DNA from: the human T2T-CHM13v2.0 reference genome, Homo sapiens
Direction: 5' to 3' (one strand)
NCBI RefSeq assembly: GCF_009914755.1
Contig: NC_060931.1
DNA length: 64,000 nucleotides
The notes beneath the pieces are model-generated. The model did not search any database and had not been told where the DNA came from. It worked only from the letters and a program-made list of their open reading frames with translations. The position numbers were made by a program, and so were the translations under genes. Below are positions 40,986 through 54,774 of the stretch, in pieces; position 1 is the first letter of the stretch; every line of letters starts with the position of its first letter.

Positions 40986-43258
40986 GAACCCCCCATTCTA
41001 AAGGTGACATCACAGAGCTGCCCCCAGCCCCAGGTGTGCTGTGAAGTGGCCCAGCTGTCCTGGAACCACCATCTCCTCCAGCCTATTTGAGCATGAAGGG
41101 GGTTCACTGAGGCAGGGGTGTGCTTGGAGAAGGGGTGCCATGGCTCTCCTCCCACCACTTCAAGTCACATGAGGGGCCCCCAGGGAATGACTGGGAGAGA
41201 TGCAGCACCTGCCTGGGGAAGGGGCATGGGAGAGGACCCCACACCCCGGCTACCTGTTGAGTGGTTGTGGAAACACACAGGCCCTTCCTATCTGGAGCTT
41301 GCCATGGACCCCACAAGTTTGGCACATACATGGATTTAGAGACTGGTGCCTACTTATTGCCAGAAGCTTGAAGGTGGCCGGTTAGCCAAGCAGCCTGAGA
41401 TGGCCAGGCAGTGGGAATAGCCTACACCCACCTCTTATAGTGACAAGGATGACGGGAAACTCCAGAGAAAGTGGCCTGTGGACCTCTTGAAGATACAGAT
41501 ATGCCTCATGTTATTGCACCTTGCTTTATTGCGCTTTGCATATATTGTATTTCTTACAAATTGAAGGTTTGCAGCAACCCTGCATGGAGCAAGTCTATCA
41601 GCACCATTTTTCCAAAAGCAAGTGCTCACTTCGTGTCTCTGGGTCATATTTTGGTAATTTGTGCAATATTTCAAACTTTTTCACTATTATTATATCTGTT
41701 AGGGTGATCTGTGATTAGTGATCTGTGATCTGATGTTACTACTGTTATTGTTTTGAAGCACCGTGAGCCATGCCCGTGTAAGACGGTGAACTCAGTCGGT
41801 TAATGCTGTGTGTGTTCTGAATGCTTCACTGACCATTTCACATCTATCTCCCTCTCCTTGGGCCTCCCAATTCCCGAGGCACAATAACATTGCAGTTAGA
41901 CCAATTAATAACACTACAATGGCCTCTAAATGTTCAAGTGAAAGGAAGAGTTGCATATCTCTCACTTTAAGTCAAGCTCTAGAAATGGTTTAGCTTAGTG
42001 GGAAAGGCATGTCAAAAGCCAAGATGGGCCAAAAACTGAGTCTCTTGCACCAGTTAGCCAAGTTTTGAATGCAAAGGAAAAGTTCTTGAAGGAAATTAAA
42101 AGTGCTACTCCAGTAAACACATGAATGATAAGAAAGCAAACAGCCTTATTGCTGATATGGAGGAAATTTTAGTGGTTTGGATACAAGATCAAACCAGCCA
42201 CGACATTCCCTTGAGCCAATGTCTAATCCAGAGCAAGGCTCGAACTCTCTTCAATTCTATGAAGGCTGAGAGTTGAGGAAGCTACAGAAGAAAAGTCTGA
42301 ACCCAGCAGAGATTGGCTCATGAGGTTTAAGGAAAGAAGGTATCTTCATAACATCAAAGTGCAAAGAGAAGCTGCAGCAAGTTATCCAGAAGACCTAGCC
42401 AAGATCAATGATGAAGGTGGCTACATAAACAACAAATTCTCAAAGTAAATAAGACAGCCTTCTGTTGGAAGAAGATGCCATCGAGGACTTTCATAACTAG
42501 AGACATTCATAGTCAATGCCCGGCTTCAAAGCCTCAAAGGACAGGCTGACTCTCTTGTTAGGAGCTGATGCAGCTGGTGATTTTAAGTTGAAGTCAATGC
42601 TCATTTACCATTCTGAAAATTCTGGAGCCTTTAAGAGTAACGCTATATCTACTCTACCTGTGCTCTATAAATGAAACAACAAAGCCTGGATGACAGTATA
42701 TCTGTTTACAGAATGGTTTACTGAATATTTTAAGGCCACTGTTGAGACCTACTGCTCAGAAAAAAACTGTTCTTTTCAAAATATCACTGCCCATTGACAA
42801 TGCACCTAATCACCCAAGAGCTCTGATGGAGACATGCAAGGAGTTAATGTTGTTTTCATGCCCACTAATACAACATCCATTCTGCAGCCCATGGATCAAG
42901 GAGCAATTTCAACTTTCAAGTCTTATTATTTAGGAAATACATTTTGTAAGGCTCTAGCTGTCGTAGATAGTGATTCCTCTGATGGATCTGGGCTAAGTAA
43001 ATTGAAAACCTTCCTGAAAGGATTCACCATTCTAGATGCCATTAAGAACATTTGTAATTAATGGGAAGAGGTCAAAATAGCAACATTAACAGAAGTTTGG
43101 AAGAAATTGATTCCAACCCTCCTGAATGATTTTGAAGGGTTCAAGACTTCAATGGAGGAACTCACTGCAGATGTGGTGGGAATAGCAAGAGAAGTAGAAT
43201 TAAAAGGGGAGCCTGAAGAGGTGACTGAGTTGCTGCAATCTCATGACTAAACATGACT

Positions 43259-43563
43259 GGCAGCCAGGCGCAGTGGCTCAAGCCTGTAATCCCAGAACTT
43301 TGGGAGGCCGAGGTGAGCGGATCATCAGAGGTCAGTAGTTCAAGACCAGCCTAGCCAACATGGTGAAACCCCTTCTCTACAAAAATACAAAAATTAGCAG
43401 GGCATGGTGACATGTGCCGGTAGTCCCAGCTACTCAGGAGGCTGAGACAGGAGATCACTTGAACCCAGGAGGCAGAGGTTGCAGTGAACTGAAATTGTGC
43501 CACTGCCCTCCAGCCTGGGCAACAAAGCGAGACTCCATCTCAAAACAAAACAAACAAAAAAAA
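43259..43563 (+). mobile_element. AluS within Tigger1
   Basis: Dimeric Alu with (CAAAA)n tail. Confidence 0.9.
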
Positions 43564-43616
43564 ACCTTGAATGGATGAGGTGTTGCTTCTTATGAATGAG
43601 CAAAGAAAACAGTTTC

Positions 43617-43930
43617 TTCTTTCTTTTTTATTTTCTTTTTTGAGACAGAGTCTTGCTCTGTTGCCCAGGCTGGAGTGCAGTGATGTAATCATGAATCACT
43701 GCAGCCTCAAGCTCCTCAAGTAATCCTCCCACCTCAGCCTCCAAAATAGCTAGAACAAGTGAATGCTACCATGCCTGGTTCTTTTTCTTTCTTTTTTTTT
43801 TTTTATATATAGGCAGGGTCTCACTATGTCGCCCAGGCTGGTCTCAAAGTCCTGGCCTCAAGTGATCCTTCCACCTAGGCCTGGGATGATTCCAGGCTGG
43901 GATTACAGACATGAGCCACCACATCCTGCC
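43617..43930 (-). mobile_element. AluJ within Tigger1
   Basis: T-rich tail followed by a diverged reverse Alu. Confidence 0.85.
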
Positions 43931-44522
43931 TGTTTCCTTAGATGGAATATACTCCTGGTAAAGACGCTGTAAACATTGTTGAAACGACAACAAAAAAATT
44001 AGAATATGACATAAACTTGGTTGATAAAGCAGCAGCAGGGTTTGAGAGAATTGACTCCAATTTTGAAAGAAGTTCTACCTTGGGTAAAATGCTACCAAAC
44101 AGCATTGCATGCTACAAGGCAATATATTATGAAAGGACAGTCCATTGATGTGGCAAAATTCATTGTTTTCTTGTTTTAAGAAATTGCCACAGCCACCCCA
44201 GCCTTCAGGAACCACCACCCTGATCAGTCAGCAGCCACCAACACCAAGGCAGAACCCTCCACCAGGAAAAAGATGATGACTCACTGAACGCTCAGATGAT
44301 TGTTAGCATTTTTTTGCAATAAAGATTTTTTTAATTTAAAGTATGTACATTGTATTTTTGACATAATGCTATTGAACACTTAATAGGCCACAGTATAATA
44401 TAAACATAACTTTTATATGCACTGGAAAACCAGTGGATTTTTATAACTCACTTTATTGCAATATTTGCTTTATTGCGGGGTCTGAAAGTGAACCCACAAT
44501 ATTTCCAAGGTGTGTCTGCACC

Positions 44523-44976
44523 TGTTGTGGGTTGAACTGTGTCCTCCAAAAAGATATATTGAAGTTCTAACCCTTGGTACCTATCACTGTGACCTTATTT
44601 GGAAACAGGTCTTTGCAGATGTGATCAGTTAAGACGAGGTCACGCTAGAGTAGCGTGGACCCTAATCCAATGGCCAGTGTCCTTATAAGAAGAAGAGAAG
44701 ACACAGAGAGACACATACACACTCAAAGAAGAAGCCCATATGCAGACAGAGGCAGAGATTGCAGTGATGCTTTCACAAACCATGAAACACCTGGGGCTAC
44801 CAGAAGCCAGATGGATAAGGAAGCATGCTCCCCTAGAGGTTGCAGAAGGAGCGTGGCCCTACCAACACCTTGATTTTGACCTTCTGGCCTCCAGAACCAT
44901 GAAAGAATACATTTCTGTTGTTTTGAGTCACCCAGTTTATGCACCTTGTGGTGGTGGCCACAGGAATCCAGTAACA
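44523..44976 (+). mobile_element. MLT1C-like MaLR solo LTR
   Basis: TGTTGTGGGTTGAACTGTGTCC...GTGACCTTATTTGGAAA...GACCTTCTGGCCTCCAGAAC...TAACA. Confidence 0.85.
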
Positions 44977-47500
44977 CCCCCTTCTAAGAGGGCAGCCAGG
45001 CAGACGAGGAGAACTATGCAGTTAGAGGCTGTGGGGTGGACAGCAGGGGACAGGTCATCAGGGCACTGTGCAGGTCCAGGTCCATGATGCTCGGAAGAAC
45101 ACACACCTGCATCCAGCAGAAGAGCCAGTGTTGCATATCAGCCACCCAGAGCCCAAGGGTCCATGTAAGCAAAAATGGCCACGCCAGTGGGGCCACTTTT
45201 CCTCCAAGCCCCCTCCCCTCCATCCTGGCCCCAGGAGCATCAGCAGGTGTGGGAGAGGAAGAGAGGAGGGGACGGCCAGACCTGCCCCTCCCCAGGGTAG
45301 GAGCCTTGGACCTGGGGTCCAGCAGAGCTGGGAGGAGAGGCAAAACTGAACTGGATGTCAGATGTTGGTTGAACTTGACAGACCTGTTTCACACACAAAC
45401 ACAATCAAAAAACTATGGTGGGATCTGCGCCAGCCTGATTAAGGTGGGGAAGGAAGATCCAGCAAGACACACGGGTTGGGAATCAGGGACTGCTGGGAGA
45501 CTTAGCACGGAGACACTGGACTTCAGGGAACTGGAAGCTGGGAGGATGGGTGAACTAAGAGATAAACAGGGTGGGTACTCCAGAGACAGCAATGCCCAGA
45601 GAGGCAGGGGCAGAGGGAGGGCGTGGAGTTCCCAGACCCTGCAGCCGGGTCACCAGTGGAAGCTGGGAGCCCTGGGGGCCTGTCTGTCGCAGCTGGAGAG
45701 AAAGGGAGAGAAGGTCCAGCCCCCTCTGTCTCATGCTCAGGCCTCCCATGGGTGGAACCTGGAAGTGTGGGAGATACCACTTGCAGGGGTCTGTCCCCAC
45801 AAGACATGGCAGAGGAGGGAGAGGACAAGTGTAGAGTCTCAGGACAACAGATCCAGGACCAGCACCGCATGTAGAAAGGCAGTGAAAGGAAAGGGGGAGA
45901 CCTCCACTTCGGCCCTGCCCCCTCCCTATCTAGCTCCGACTGGTCGGCAAACTGGTTCCCAGCCATGCAGCCCCAGGAAATGGCATTGATGGTGCTTGGA
46001 CCCAAAGTCATGTCTGTGGGGTTCATCTCCTGGAGGAGGATCCCTGGCCACACCCCTTGGGGTGGACAGATCCCTCTCCCTGGAAATTCCCCTTTGGGGT
46101 AGGCAGATCCCTCCATCTAGCAATTTGCAGTTCACAGACCCCAGAATGCAGGGCCAGAGACAGGGACACTCCCAGAGTTACCCGGGACATCCCTGTATGT
46201 GTTTGGTTGTGGATCAGAGGAGGGAGAGGCTTGTTCAACACACAGCCACCTGCCCCTCACCAGAGACAGAGACCCTGGGGCTGGGGAGGAATCCAGTCCA
46301 TTCGCTCCAGACACCCACCCCAGGCTCAGGAACAGTGCAGAAGAGAGACAGGGGCTGGCTCCGAGTGAGAGAGACACCCGCCATTCCCAAACCCTCTTTG
46401 CGGAGGACCACGAAGAACCCAACAAGCAGTGTAAGGAAAGAAGAAAACAAACAAGGACTTATGACCCGGGCCCACCTCTCACTCCAGCCCCAAGTCACTT
46501 CCCCTTCATGTAAAGCAGGTGTTATTTTGTTTGCGGCTCTTCAGCTGCCAGGTGGGGATGCAAATGAGAAAAGCTGAGACTCAGTTGTTTCACAGAAAGA
46601 AGAGGAAACCAGAAGATGTCGGGACACCAGAGCCTGTTGCTTTTCGAGGCCTTTTAGGATAGGGTAGCAATTGAAGGTGGCCTCAGAAAAGGATGATTGG
46701 GAAAGGGGGAGGTAACTGAGGTCCCCTCACCTAGCCTGGGGGCCCCTTCTCTTCACCAACACCTACAAACCCTTGGCCTCAAAACCCAGGCAGTGTTCCG
46801 GCCACCTCATGTAGCAAGGGGAGCCTGGAGACAGAGGACGGGCCCCGGGTCACACACAGAGTGGCCAGATTGGGTGGAGACCTGCGTGTCCTGGCACCAG
46901 GAGTCTCTCCACGAGCCTCTGCAATTTCTCAAACTTCAGTGAGATGAAGACTCATTTTTGCAACTTGGTCTCTATTTGCTGCACTGTTGGCCATTTCAAG
47001 CTTGTACCCGCAGTCAGCAAAAGGAAGTGTTAATAAGCTCGCCCACATAAACCCACTTTGCCCACTGCTCAAACCACCGCAAACCAATTTTTCCAGGCTG
47101 CTGCCAGGTTAGGCTCCCTTGGTGTTAATTTCCTGCTCAGTAAAGCAGTGAGTCATCTCCCTCCCTTCTCTCCAGCTCTCACTATTGCTCTGAGACCAGA
47201 GTCTGCAGCAGAGGGGTCACATGGAATCCTTTAGTACAGAAGTTCACGACCTGGACGAGGAGACGCAGGGACCGCCAACTGGCTCCTTGGAAACTGCCCG
47301 CAGTTGATTCCGAAAACACACCTGAGCCGAGAAGCTCCATGCAATCTGGAATTCCTGGAGTTCTTGTCAGCGTCCACTGCCATGCAGGACTCTGGGGCAC
47401 TTGGCTTGTCATTGGCTAAAAGATGGGCTGGGTTCGAGGTGCAGATAGCTGCATTTTAGCCGCTGGTGCTGTCTCGCTTGGAGGAATGCTGTCTGCCACG

Positions 47501-47519
47501 CGACCACCAGGTGGCGCAC
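47501..47519 (+). promoter_or_regulatory. Strong CTCF motif in a CpG-rich patch
   Basis: CGACCACCAGGTGGCGCAC contains the consensus core CCACCAGGTGGCGC. Confidence 0.7.
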
Positions 47520-48774
47520 AACACCTCGCGGCGACTGGACCGGGCACGGCTGCCTCTTATTAATCCCGCGGAGAAAACAGAGGCTGGAAATGCCCCCGGG
47601 GTGAGGCTTGACCAAGAACGGCAGACTCAAAATGGCTCCCTGTGGACCAAGTTCAGCTGAATGGAACAGAAAAATGTGTTCACAGCGGCTTCAACAAGAG
47701 ACAGTCGTGTTTCTCTGTAAACACAGTCCTGAGTGGCTTAGGGGCCCCATGAAGGCCTAGGTCACGCAGCCTCCTTCCTCCTCACGGCCTCCACCTGGGA
47801 TGTAGCCCCCAGCCTCCTAGTCCACGGTGACTGCCAGAGCTCCAGCCATCTCATACAAGTCAGGCAGTAGGATGGAGGAGGGGACAGAGAAGGGTATGGC
47901 TACCTTCACTGTGCTTTGCCGGAATTCACAGACATCACTTGTCTTACAACTCATTGGCCAAGCCTTAGCCATGGAGGCTGGGGGTGGGCTCTTTTGCTGG
48001 GCTTTGCCACCCCCAAGTAATTTCAGGCTTTAGTTTAGAAGAAGAATATGAGGATGGCTATCTCACGGCGACGTCAGCCACATGTGAATATGCGCCACTG
48101 GAGTTCCCCTGCGCCAACCCAGCATATTTCCCATTCCCTGGAAACCTCAATAACTGGGGCTCACTTCCTGCCTGCCCCTTAACCGATTTGACTCCCAAAT
48201 ATATGTCCCATGTCCATATTCTTCTCTTACACGCCAAGACCTGTACCTCTACCTAAACGTCCTGTAAGAACCTCACACTCCACATGTCTAAGCCGGTTTA
48301 TCACCTCCTCTATCCCCTGCACAGGCCAGCCCTTCCTCCTGTGCTCCCCAGCCCAGGGTCTATCATCATGTCCCTTGACCCAAGCCAAGAACCGAGAGCC
48401 TAGGCACCTGCTTCCCTCCACACAGCCCCTCTGCCATCTACCCGTGAGTCCCACCTTCCCAGCATTTCCTGAATTCGTTCCATCTTTCCTTTCCCCATGA
48501 TGACTTACTGCTCATCACCCTGAGACCCCAGTCTCGCCTCCATCAGACCAACCTCAACGCGGCTTCCAGAGGGGTTGCTCTGAAATCCAGATCAAACCCT
48601 GTCACCCTTCTGATTGAAGCCTCCATGGCTCCCAAAATTTTCAACGTGATTTATCAAGACCTTGAGAATCTGACCCATCCCTACATCCTCCACGTATCAG
48701 TTAGCATGGGGTAAGCATTTAACATGTGCACAAACCAGGCAGTGACTCCCTCCGTCCTCACAGCTCCTCTCTGA

Positions 48775-49510
48775 GGTGGCGGGTGACAGTCTGGGTTATT
48801 ATTATTCAGCAAATACTCACACTCCTCCCGTATAGACTCCCCTGCTCATTGATGTTGGACTTGACCACCTGACGTGTTTTGGCCCTGGGGCTGTTGGAGG
48901 ATGGAACTAGCAGAAGCACTCCATGCGCCCACATGGCCTGGCTCCTTCTTTCCACTCCAGAAGTCCAGGGTAAGAAGAGCTTCCTCCAGAGAGCCTCTGC
49001 TGTGCCCCAGGACAAACTTGGTGCAACCACCTGAACTTGCGTCAAACCCAGGCTACCTACAGCCTAAGGCAGGGCCGTCCAGCCACACCTATCCTGGATC
49101 AGCCAAATTATAGCCATCTGAGACCTGTGAGTATGAGAGTAATTAACACTGGTTGTCATAATGCACTGAGTTTGAGAGCTGTTTGTTATTATGATTATTA
49201 TTTTAGAGACAGAGTCTCTCTCTGTCTTCCAGGATGGAGTGCAGTGGTGCAATCACAGGTCACTCCTGCAGCCTTGAACTCCTGGGCTCAAGCAGTTCTC
49301 CCACCTCAGCCTCCTAAATATCTGGGACTACAGGTGTGCACCATGCCTGGCTAATTTTTTTTTTAGAGTAGGGGTCTCACTATGTTGCCCAGGCTGGTCT
49401 CAAACTCCTGGGCTCAGTGATCCTCCTGCCTCGGCCTCCCAAGGCGTTGGGGTGACAGGTGTGAACCACGGCACCTGGCCTGGGCAGCATTACTTTGACA
49501 AAATTATGAC
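48775..49510 (+). mobile_element. Old MLT1 (H/I/J-like) LTR, split by an Alu
   Basis: CATTGATGTTGGACTTGACCACCTGAC and CACTGAGTTTGAGAGCTGTTTGTTA...GCAGCATT. Confidence 0.6.
49195..49480 (-). mobile_element. AluJ
   Basis: Reverse Alu with AACTCCTGGGCTCAAG in both arms. Confidence 0.88.
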
Positions 49511-49519
49511 ATCCTCATT

Positions 49520-49790
49520 TCCAGCCACACCAAAACTTGTTTCCACCTCAGGGCCTTGCATCTTCTGATTCCTCTGCGTCTGCCTCTCCTGACCTTAAAA
49601 GGTAAACCCAGCGCATCCAGTTCAAATGTCACTTCCCAAAGAGACTTTCTCCACGGCGACCCAGCCCCCACAGCCCTGTCTTCTGCCCTCACTGTTGCTG
49701 TAGGGAATTGCCTTATGCACTTGCACTTACTCTGTCTCTCTCTCCAGTGAGAACCCAGGCTCTGTACCATGGAGCACTCGCGGGTACCGG
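49520..49790 (+). mobile_element. L2 fragment
   Basis: CCACCTCAGGGCCTTGCA and TTCAAATGTCACTTCC are L2 3' motifs. Confidence 0.55.
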
Positions 49791-52025
49791 GGCCTCTTCC
49801 CTGTGCTTACCCAGCTGCTCTCACCCCTGGCCTCACTTGCCTCTCTGCCTCGCTGGGTTGAAAGCCCCTGGCTCATTTTTACACCTCCAGGACCTACACC
49901 TCTGGGACCTGGAACACAGCAGGCCCTCAGTAAACCTGGAATTCCAGTCGACTCTGGTGTTTCCAGCTTGCTGCGGGGAGGGCACCTTCTTTCTGGATGG
50001 AGGGGACCCTAGCCTGCTTCTGGACTCTGGGTGGGATGGAGGAGTCTCCCAGTTTAGAGACACTTTTCTAGAGTCCAGACTGGCCTTACTCTGTGATATT
50101 GTCCCTGCCCCCAGCTCCAGAGCAGGAAGAACCGGCCCAGGGCAAGGTCTGTAACTCGGGGATCAAAGGGCTGCTGCTGCAGCCAAGCCTCTGCAGAGCG
50201 AACCTGAGCTCCCTCCCCAGCCACACTGCACATGCACTGCACCCACCCTTGCAGCCCTGTGTCCGGCCCAGGCAGCCTCGGCCCGTCCCCTCCTTGCTCC
50301 GTGAGGCCTGAGTCCCTGTTTATTGAATATCTGGACTATACTACAAAGAGGTGAAATCAGAGGCCCCACAACCTCAAGGCCCCTGCTGCTTAGTGGGAAG
50401 CACTGATTCATGAGGAAGTAACTAGAAATTGTGGTGTAAATGCAGAGGTTACCTCTCCCTGCAGGCTGGGGTATGGCGAGGGGAGGGGTCTGGCAGAGGT
50501 CCAATGCATCAGAGTGAGCCAGGCTTGGGGAACTGTGGAGGGGGTGTTCCAACCGAGGGCGACAGCTTGATCGAAGGCACACAGTTGAGAAACATCACTG
50601 CATTCTGTGCTGGGAGCTGTAATAGTCCAGGGTGCCTGGAGTAAAATGTGACAGGTGGGCAGTTGCCTGGCTGAGCCTGGAGAGGGCCCGACCTTGGGGT
50701 TTACTGCACAGCTGGCGGGGCCTTGGCAGAGCTCTCTGCATGGCAGTGGCACAAAGAGATCTGTGAGCTTGCCATGATGACAGCGGGGTGGGGGGTGGAT
50801 TAGGGAGGAACAAAAACAGAGAAATCATGCAGGAGACAGAAAATCTTCATACGAGAGATGATAGGAGTCTAAATCAGGGCCAAGGTAGGAGGCTTTGAAA
50901 GAAGAGGCACATCCAGGAAGGATCCCAGAGGTTAAAGCACCAGATCTCAGAGAATCCAGGACACACAGGAGGAAGGAGGGGGCATCAAGCTTGGGCACAG
51001 ATATACTGCCACCGCCCACATCGGGACCCAGGAGGGAGAGCTGGACTGCAGGGTGGGGGTGGGAAATGTTACCAAGGGGGTAGGAGTCAAGGGCATGTGT
51101 CAAAGCCCAGCTTGTCCCTGAGCCTGCAGGAATGGTCGTGGATGGCGCGGGAACAGTTGGGCTGCGGGGTGGGGAGGCTGCTGAGGCAGAGCATATTAGC
51201 AGCGGGTCAGCAGCAGAGAGTGAAGGAGACAGGGCAAAATAGGGAGCTTGGAAAAGAGGGCCAATGTCTCTACTGAGCTGAGAAAATGAGACAGAGTGAC
51301 AGAGATGAAAACTCAGAGGGAGGGAGATAGAGACTCAGAGAGAGACAGAGAGACAGAGCATGTGCACACCCAGCACAGGCAGCTGGGGCCCCACCCCCAT
51401 CCCCAGGAGCCACACCTTTACAATGTCTTTCCCAGGCCACCCTCTCCTGGAGCCTCTCCTTCAGGCTCCTCTTTACCACTGATACCGGTCATTTTGTGTT
51501 ACTCAGGACCTTTTTGGTTGCAAGTGATAAAACTTCAACTTGAACAAGATCAAGAAAAAGGAGATGAACTTTGACAAGATGCCTGGGAGTCGAGCCCAGT
51601 GAAGGAACGTTCAACAACCAGACCCTGGAGAAGGGCAGGGACCTGCCTCTGGGAGGAGCTGGCCGGGCGCTCACGCCTGAACTGGTTGATTTCATTCTCA
51701 TCTTTTTCCTCTTGCAGGGCCATGGCCTTTGAGGACACTGCAGGCCCTGCAGCCTGAGAGAGAGTCTCTATTCCCAGGCCAGTTTGCAAACTCCCAAGAA
51801 AGACATCTCAGGGCTCAGGACCATGGACCATGGGGCAATGGACGGACCTGTAGGAACATTGTGGCTGAGTGGGGAGGGCAGTGCCCAGAAGAACATGCTG
51901 GGGCCAGGCACGAGGAAAGCAATAGGTGGGCCCTGAGGTCAGACGGCCACAGCAGAAGCGCCTCCTCACGCTGGGACTCCCTCCTCCTCCTTCTCCTTCA
52001 CCTCCTCCTCTCTCTCCATCTCTCT

Positions 52026-52409
<384 letters not shown>

Positions 52410-52999
52410 CTAAGCCTACCGGGCGGGGGGCTCCCTGCTTCTTCCCATCCCACATCACCCCTCCTGGCTTTCTCAGCCCTCTTGTCCTGCAGATTTTGTG
52501 GCCTTCACACACTCGCCACATTCTTGTTCCACCGTGGCACTCAGGGTCTCCATGGCTACCTATGCCCAGAGCTAAACAAAGCGCTGGTGTAGCTGGGCTC
52601 CAGCCAGGGCCCAGGGTGGCAGGCCCAGGACCTCCAGGTGCGGGCACTGTTTCCGCTGAAGCGGCCGGGCCACCGCCAGCTCTCTTGGCAGCCTTGGCAC
52701 TGCTGAGTCACACTGGGCTTTCTGTTTCCATAAAACATGTTTCAGAGATTTATGAGGTAATCATGTGCTCACTACAGAAAAATTCGAAAACACAAATATA
52801 AAGGATCTATTTCTCCTCGGTCTTTTACTTATGCAAATTTTAAAACAAACGTCGACTTAGTCTATATATAGCTTTTGCTTAACTTCTTATCAAGAGCATT
52901 TACCCTGCTCATAATGTGTGAATGATATTCGTTTATGGATTACAAATACAATAGCGGACAGTTATTACTCTGCTGAATACTTTTTGCTGGCTATTTTAT

Positions 53000-53160
53000 T
53001 TAACAAACTACCACGTGGTTTCCCCAAGAACAGTTAGATTCCCCATTTCACAAATGTGGAAGCTGAGGTTTAGAGTGGTTGAATAAATTGTTCACAGTCA
53101 CACAGCTAGTACATGGCAGGTCCCAACTTTGAGGCCAAATCACCTTGTTTCACAGCCAAT
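53000..53160 (-). mobile_element. MIR fragment
   Basis: CCCCATTTCACAAATGTGGAAGCTGAGG...GTCACACAGCTAGT. Confidence 0.7.
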
Positions 53161-54169
53161 GTCATTTCTCTCCATGACCCCTCCTGCCTGTGTACCACAG
53201 GTCACAGGTGTGCATGAGGTGTCTGTGTGTCACAGGAGGGCATCACCACTCTCCTCCACCTGGGCTGAGCTATGTCCCTCCAGGACAGTGGTGGAGGATG
53301 CTTCCCAGGAGGAGTGACATCCTGTTTGTAAGCCACCAGCTTGTAAGTCATGGAGTTGCCTGTGGTGGCATGGCGGAAGCCTGGCTGTGCTCTGTGGGCC
53401 AAGGGCATGAGGGACAGGCAGCCCTTCATGGCAAAGAGCCAAAGAGTAATTCAGAAAACTAGAATTTGAATAGAATCACCTCAACTTTTAAAGACGGCAT
53501 ACCAAAACCCCAAGCAAATATCACATCCAATGGAGAAACCTTAGAAACATCCCCATCTAGATTGGCAAGAAGATAAGGTGCCTGTTAGCATTGCTGCTAT
53601 GTAACAAAGAGCCAGAGTCAGGGCCACTGTTATAAAACAAGAAAAGGAAATGGGAGGTGTAGAAGTCGGAAGGAGGAAAGAGATTAAAATGTTATTTGTG
53701 GACTATATGAAAATTTACATAGAAATTTCAACTAATTATTAAAACTAATAACAGGGTTGCTGGATGGATGTAAAGTCAACTTACAAAGACCAATAACACT
53801 TTGTCTATACCACATTAACCACCTATAATATATAGGAGAAAATAAGACATATATACATATAAGAAAATAGGATACCTTTCATAACAGCAACACAACCTAT
53901 AAAATGCCTGAAAAAAAATATACTAGTCCTCTGTAAAGGAAATTTTTACCCTCTAATAAAGGAGATAAAAGTGGATCTAAATAAACAGAATAATCTGTGT
54001 TGTTGGATTGGACAACTTAATATTAAAGTATCAATTCTACCCAATTATTACCACAATTGTCGTCCTAATCAAACTCCAACTGTCCTTTTTTAGGAATGCA
54101 ATACATTTATTCTAAAATTTATAAGGAAGAATAAAAGTTCCCAAATTACTACCATAATTTTTTTAAAGA

Positions 54170-54774
54170 TGTTACAGGATCTCTGGGGTGTCGACTTTTC
54201 TGACTGGAAACCTCTGTGGCCACGGCGCCTTTGCCCGAGTTCTTGTCCTGTGTCCAGGAAGAATGAGGTACACAGACAAGTGATGGGTAAAGAAGAAGAG
54301 TTTTATTTAGTGTTAGAACAGCTCAGAGGAGTGGGTAGCTCCTTTCTATAGGCAGGTCCTCCGTTGAGTGTTCCTCTCTCAGCAGAGGAGGCCTGGAGAG
54401 GGTGGCTCCTGTCTGCAGGCAAGTCATTCGGAGGTCTCTGCAGGTCTCTGAAACTCTCAGCAGACAGGGTAGCTCCTCTCTGCACACTGGTCATCTCTGC
54501 AGCTCTCAGCAGAGAGGGTACTCCTCTCTGCAGCTCTCAGCGTAGAGGGTACTCCTCTCTGCAGCTGGTCGTCCTGTCCCATCATCTCTCTGCCCTCTTC
54601 ATCTTCTGGCCATCCTCCATGCCTTAAGTCCGGCAGCCGCACTGTTCGCTTTTAACTGGCTGTCAGAGGCCCGGTATTTTTCTTTCATTTTGACTATTGT
54701 GGAGCTTAGGGACTCCGAAGAAAAGGACAGAAAGATTTGCTTTTACTCACCCTTCCACAGATCCCAGATGAGCC
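54170..54774 (-). mobile_element. Deleted ERV1 remnant: PBS/leader fused to the 3' part of an LTR27/LTR28/MER52-family LTR
   Basis: TGTTACAGGATCTCTGGGGTGTC...GAGTTCTTGTCCTG..TCCAGGAAGAATGAGG LTR end, with internal CTCTCAGCAGAGAGGGTA repeats. Minus-strand GGCTCATCTGGGAT resembles a tRNA-Pro PBS. AAGA on both flanks. Confidence 0.7.

Larger units (their letters stand above)
41496..44518 (+). mobile_element. Full-length Tigger1 DNA transposon (decayed transposase) with two Alu insertions
   Basis: TA|CAGATATGCCTC left end and AAGGTGTGTCTG right end. Transposase starts MASKCSSERKS at 41919, with DDE-region motifs DNAPNHP and LQPMDQG. About 2.4 kb remains after removing the Alus. Confidence 0.92.

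Noticed and set aside
45036-46577. 317, 197 and 193 aa ORFs in GC-rich intergenic DNA
   Set aside because: No recognisable domain or splice structure, and low-complexity G/R/P/S composition. Part resembles decayed LTR sequence.
54370-54570. Spaced direct repeats resembling a CRISPR array
   Set aside because: Degenerate tandem repeats internal to an ERV1 LTR; no unique spacers, no cas genes, and eukaryotic context.
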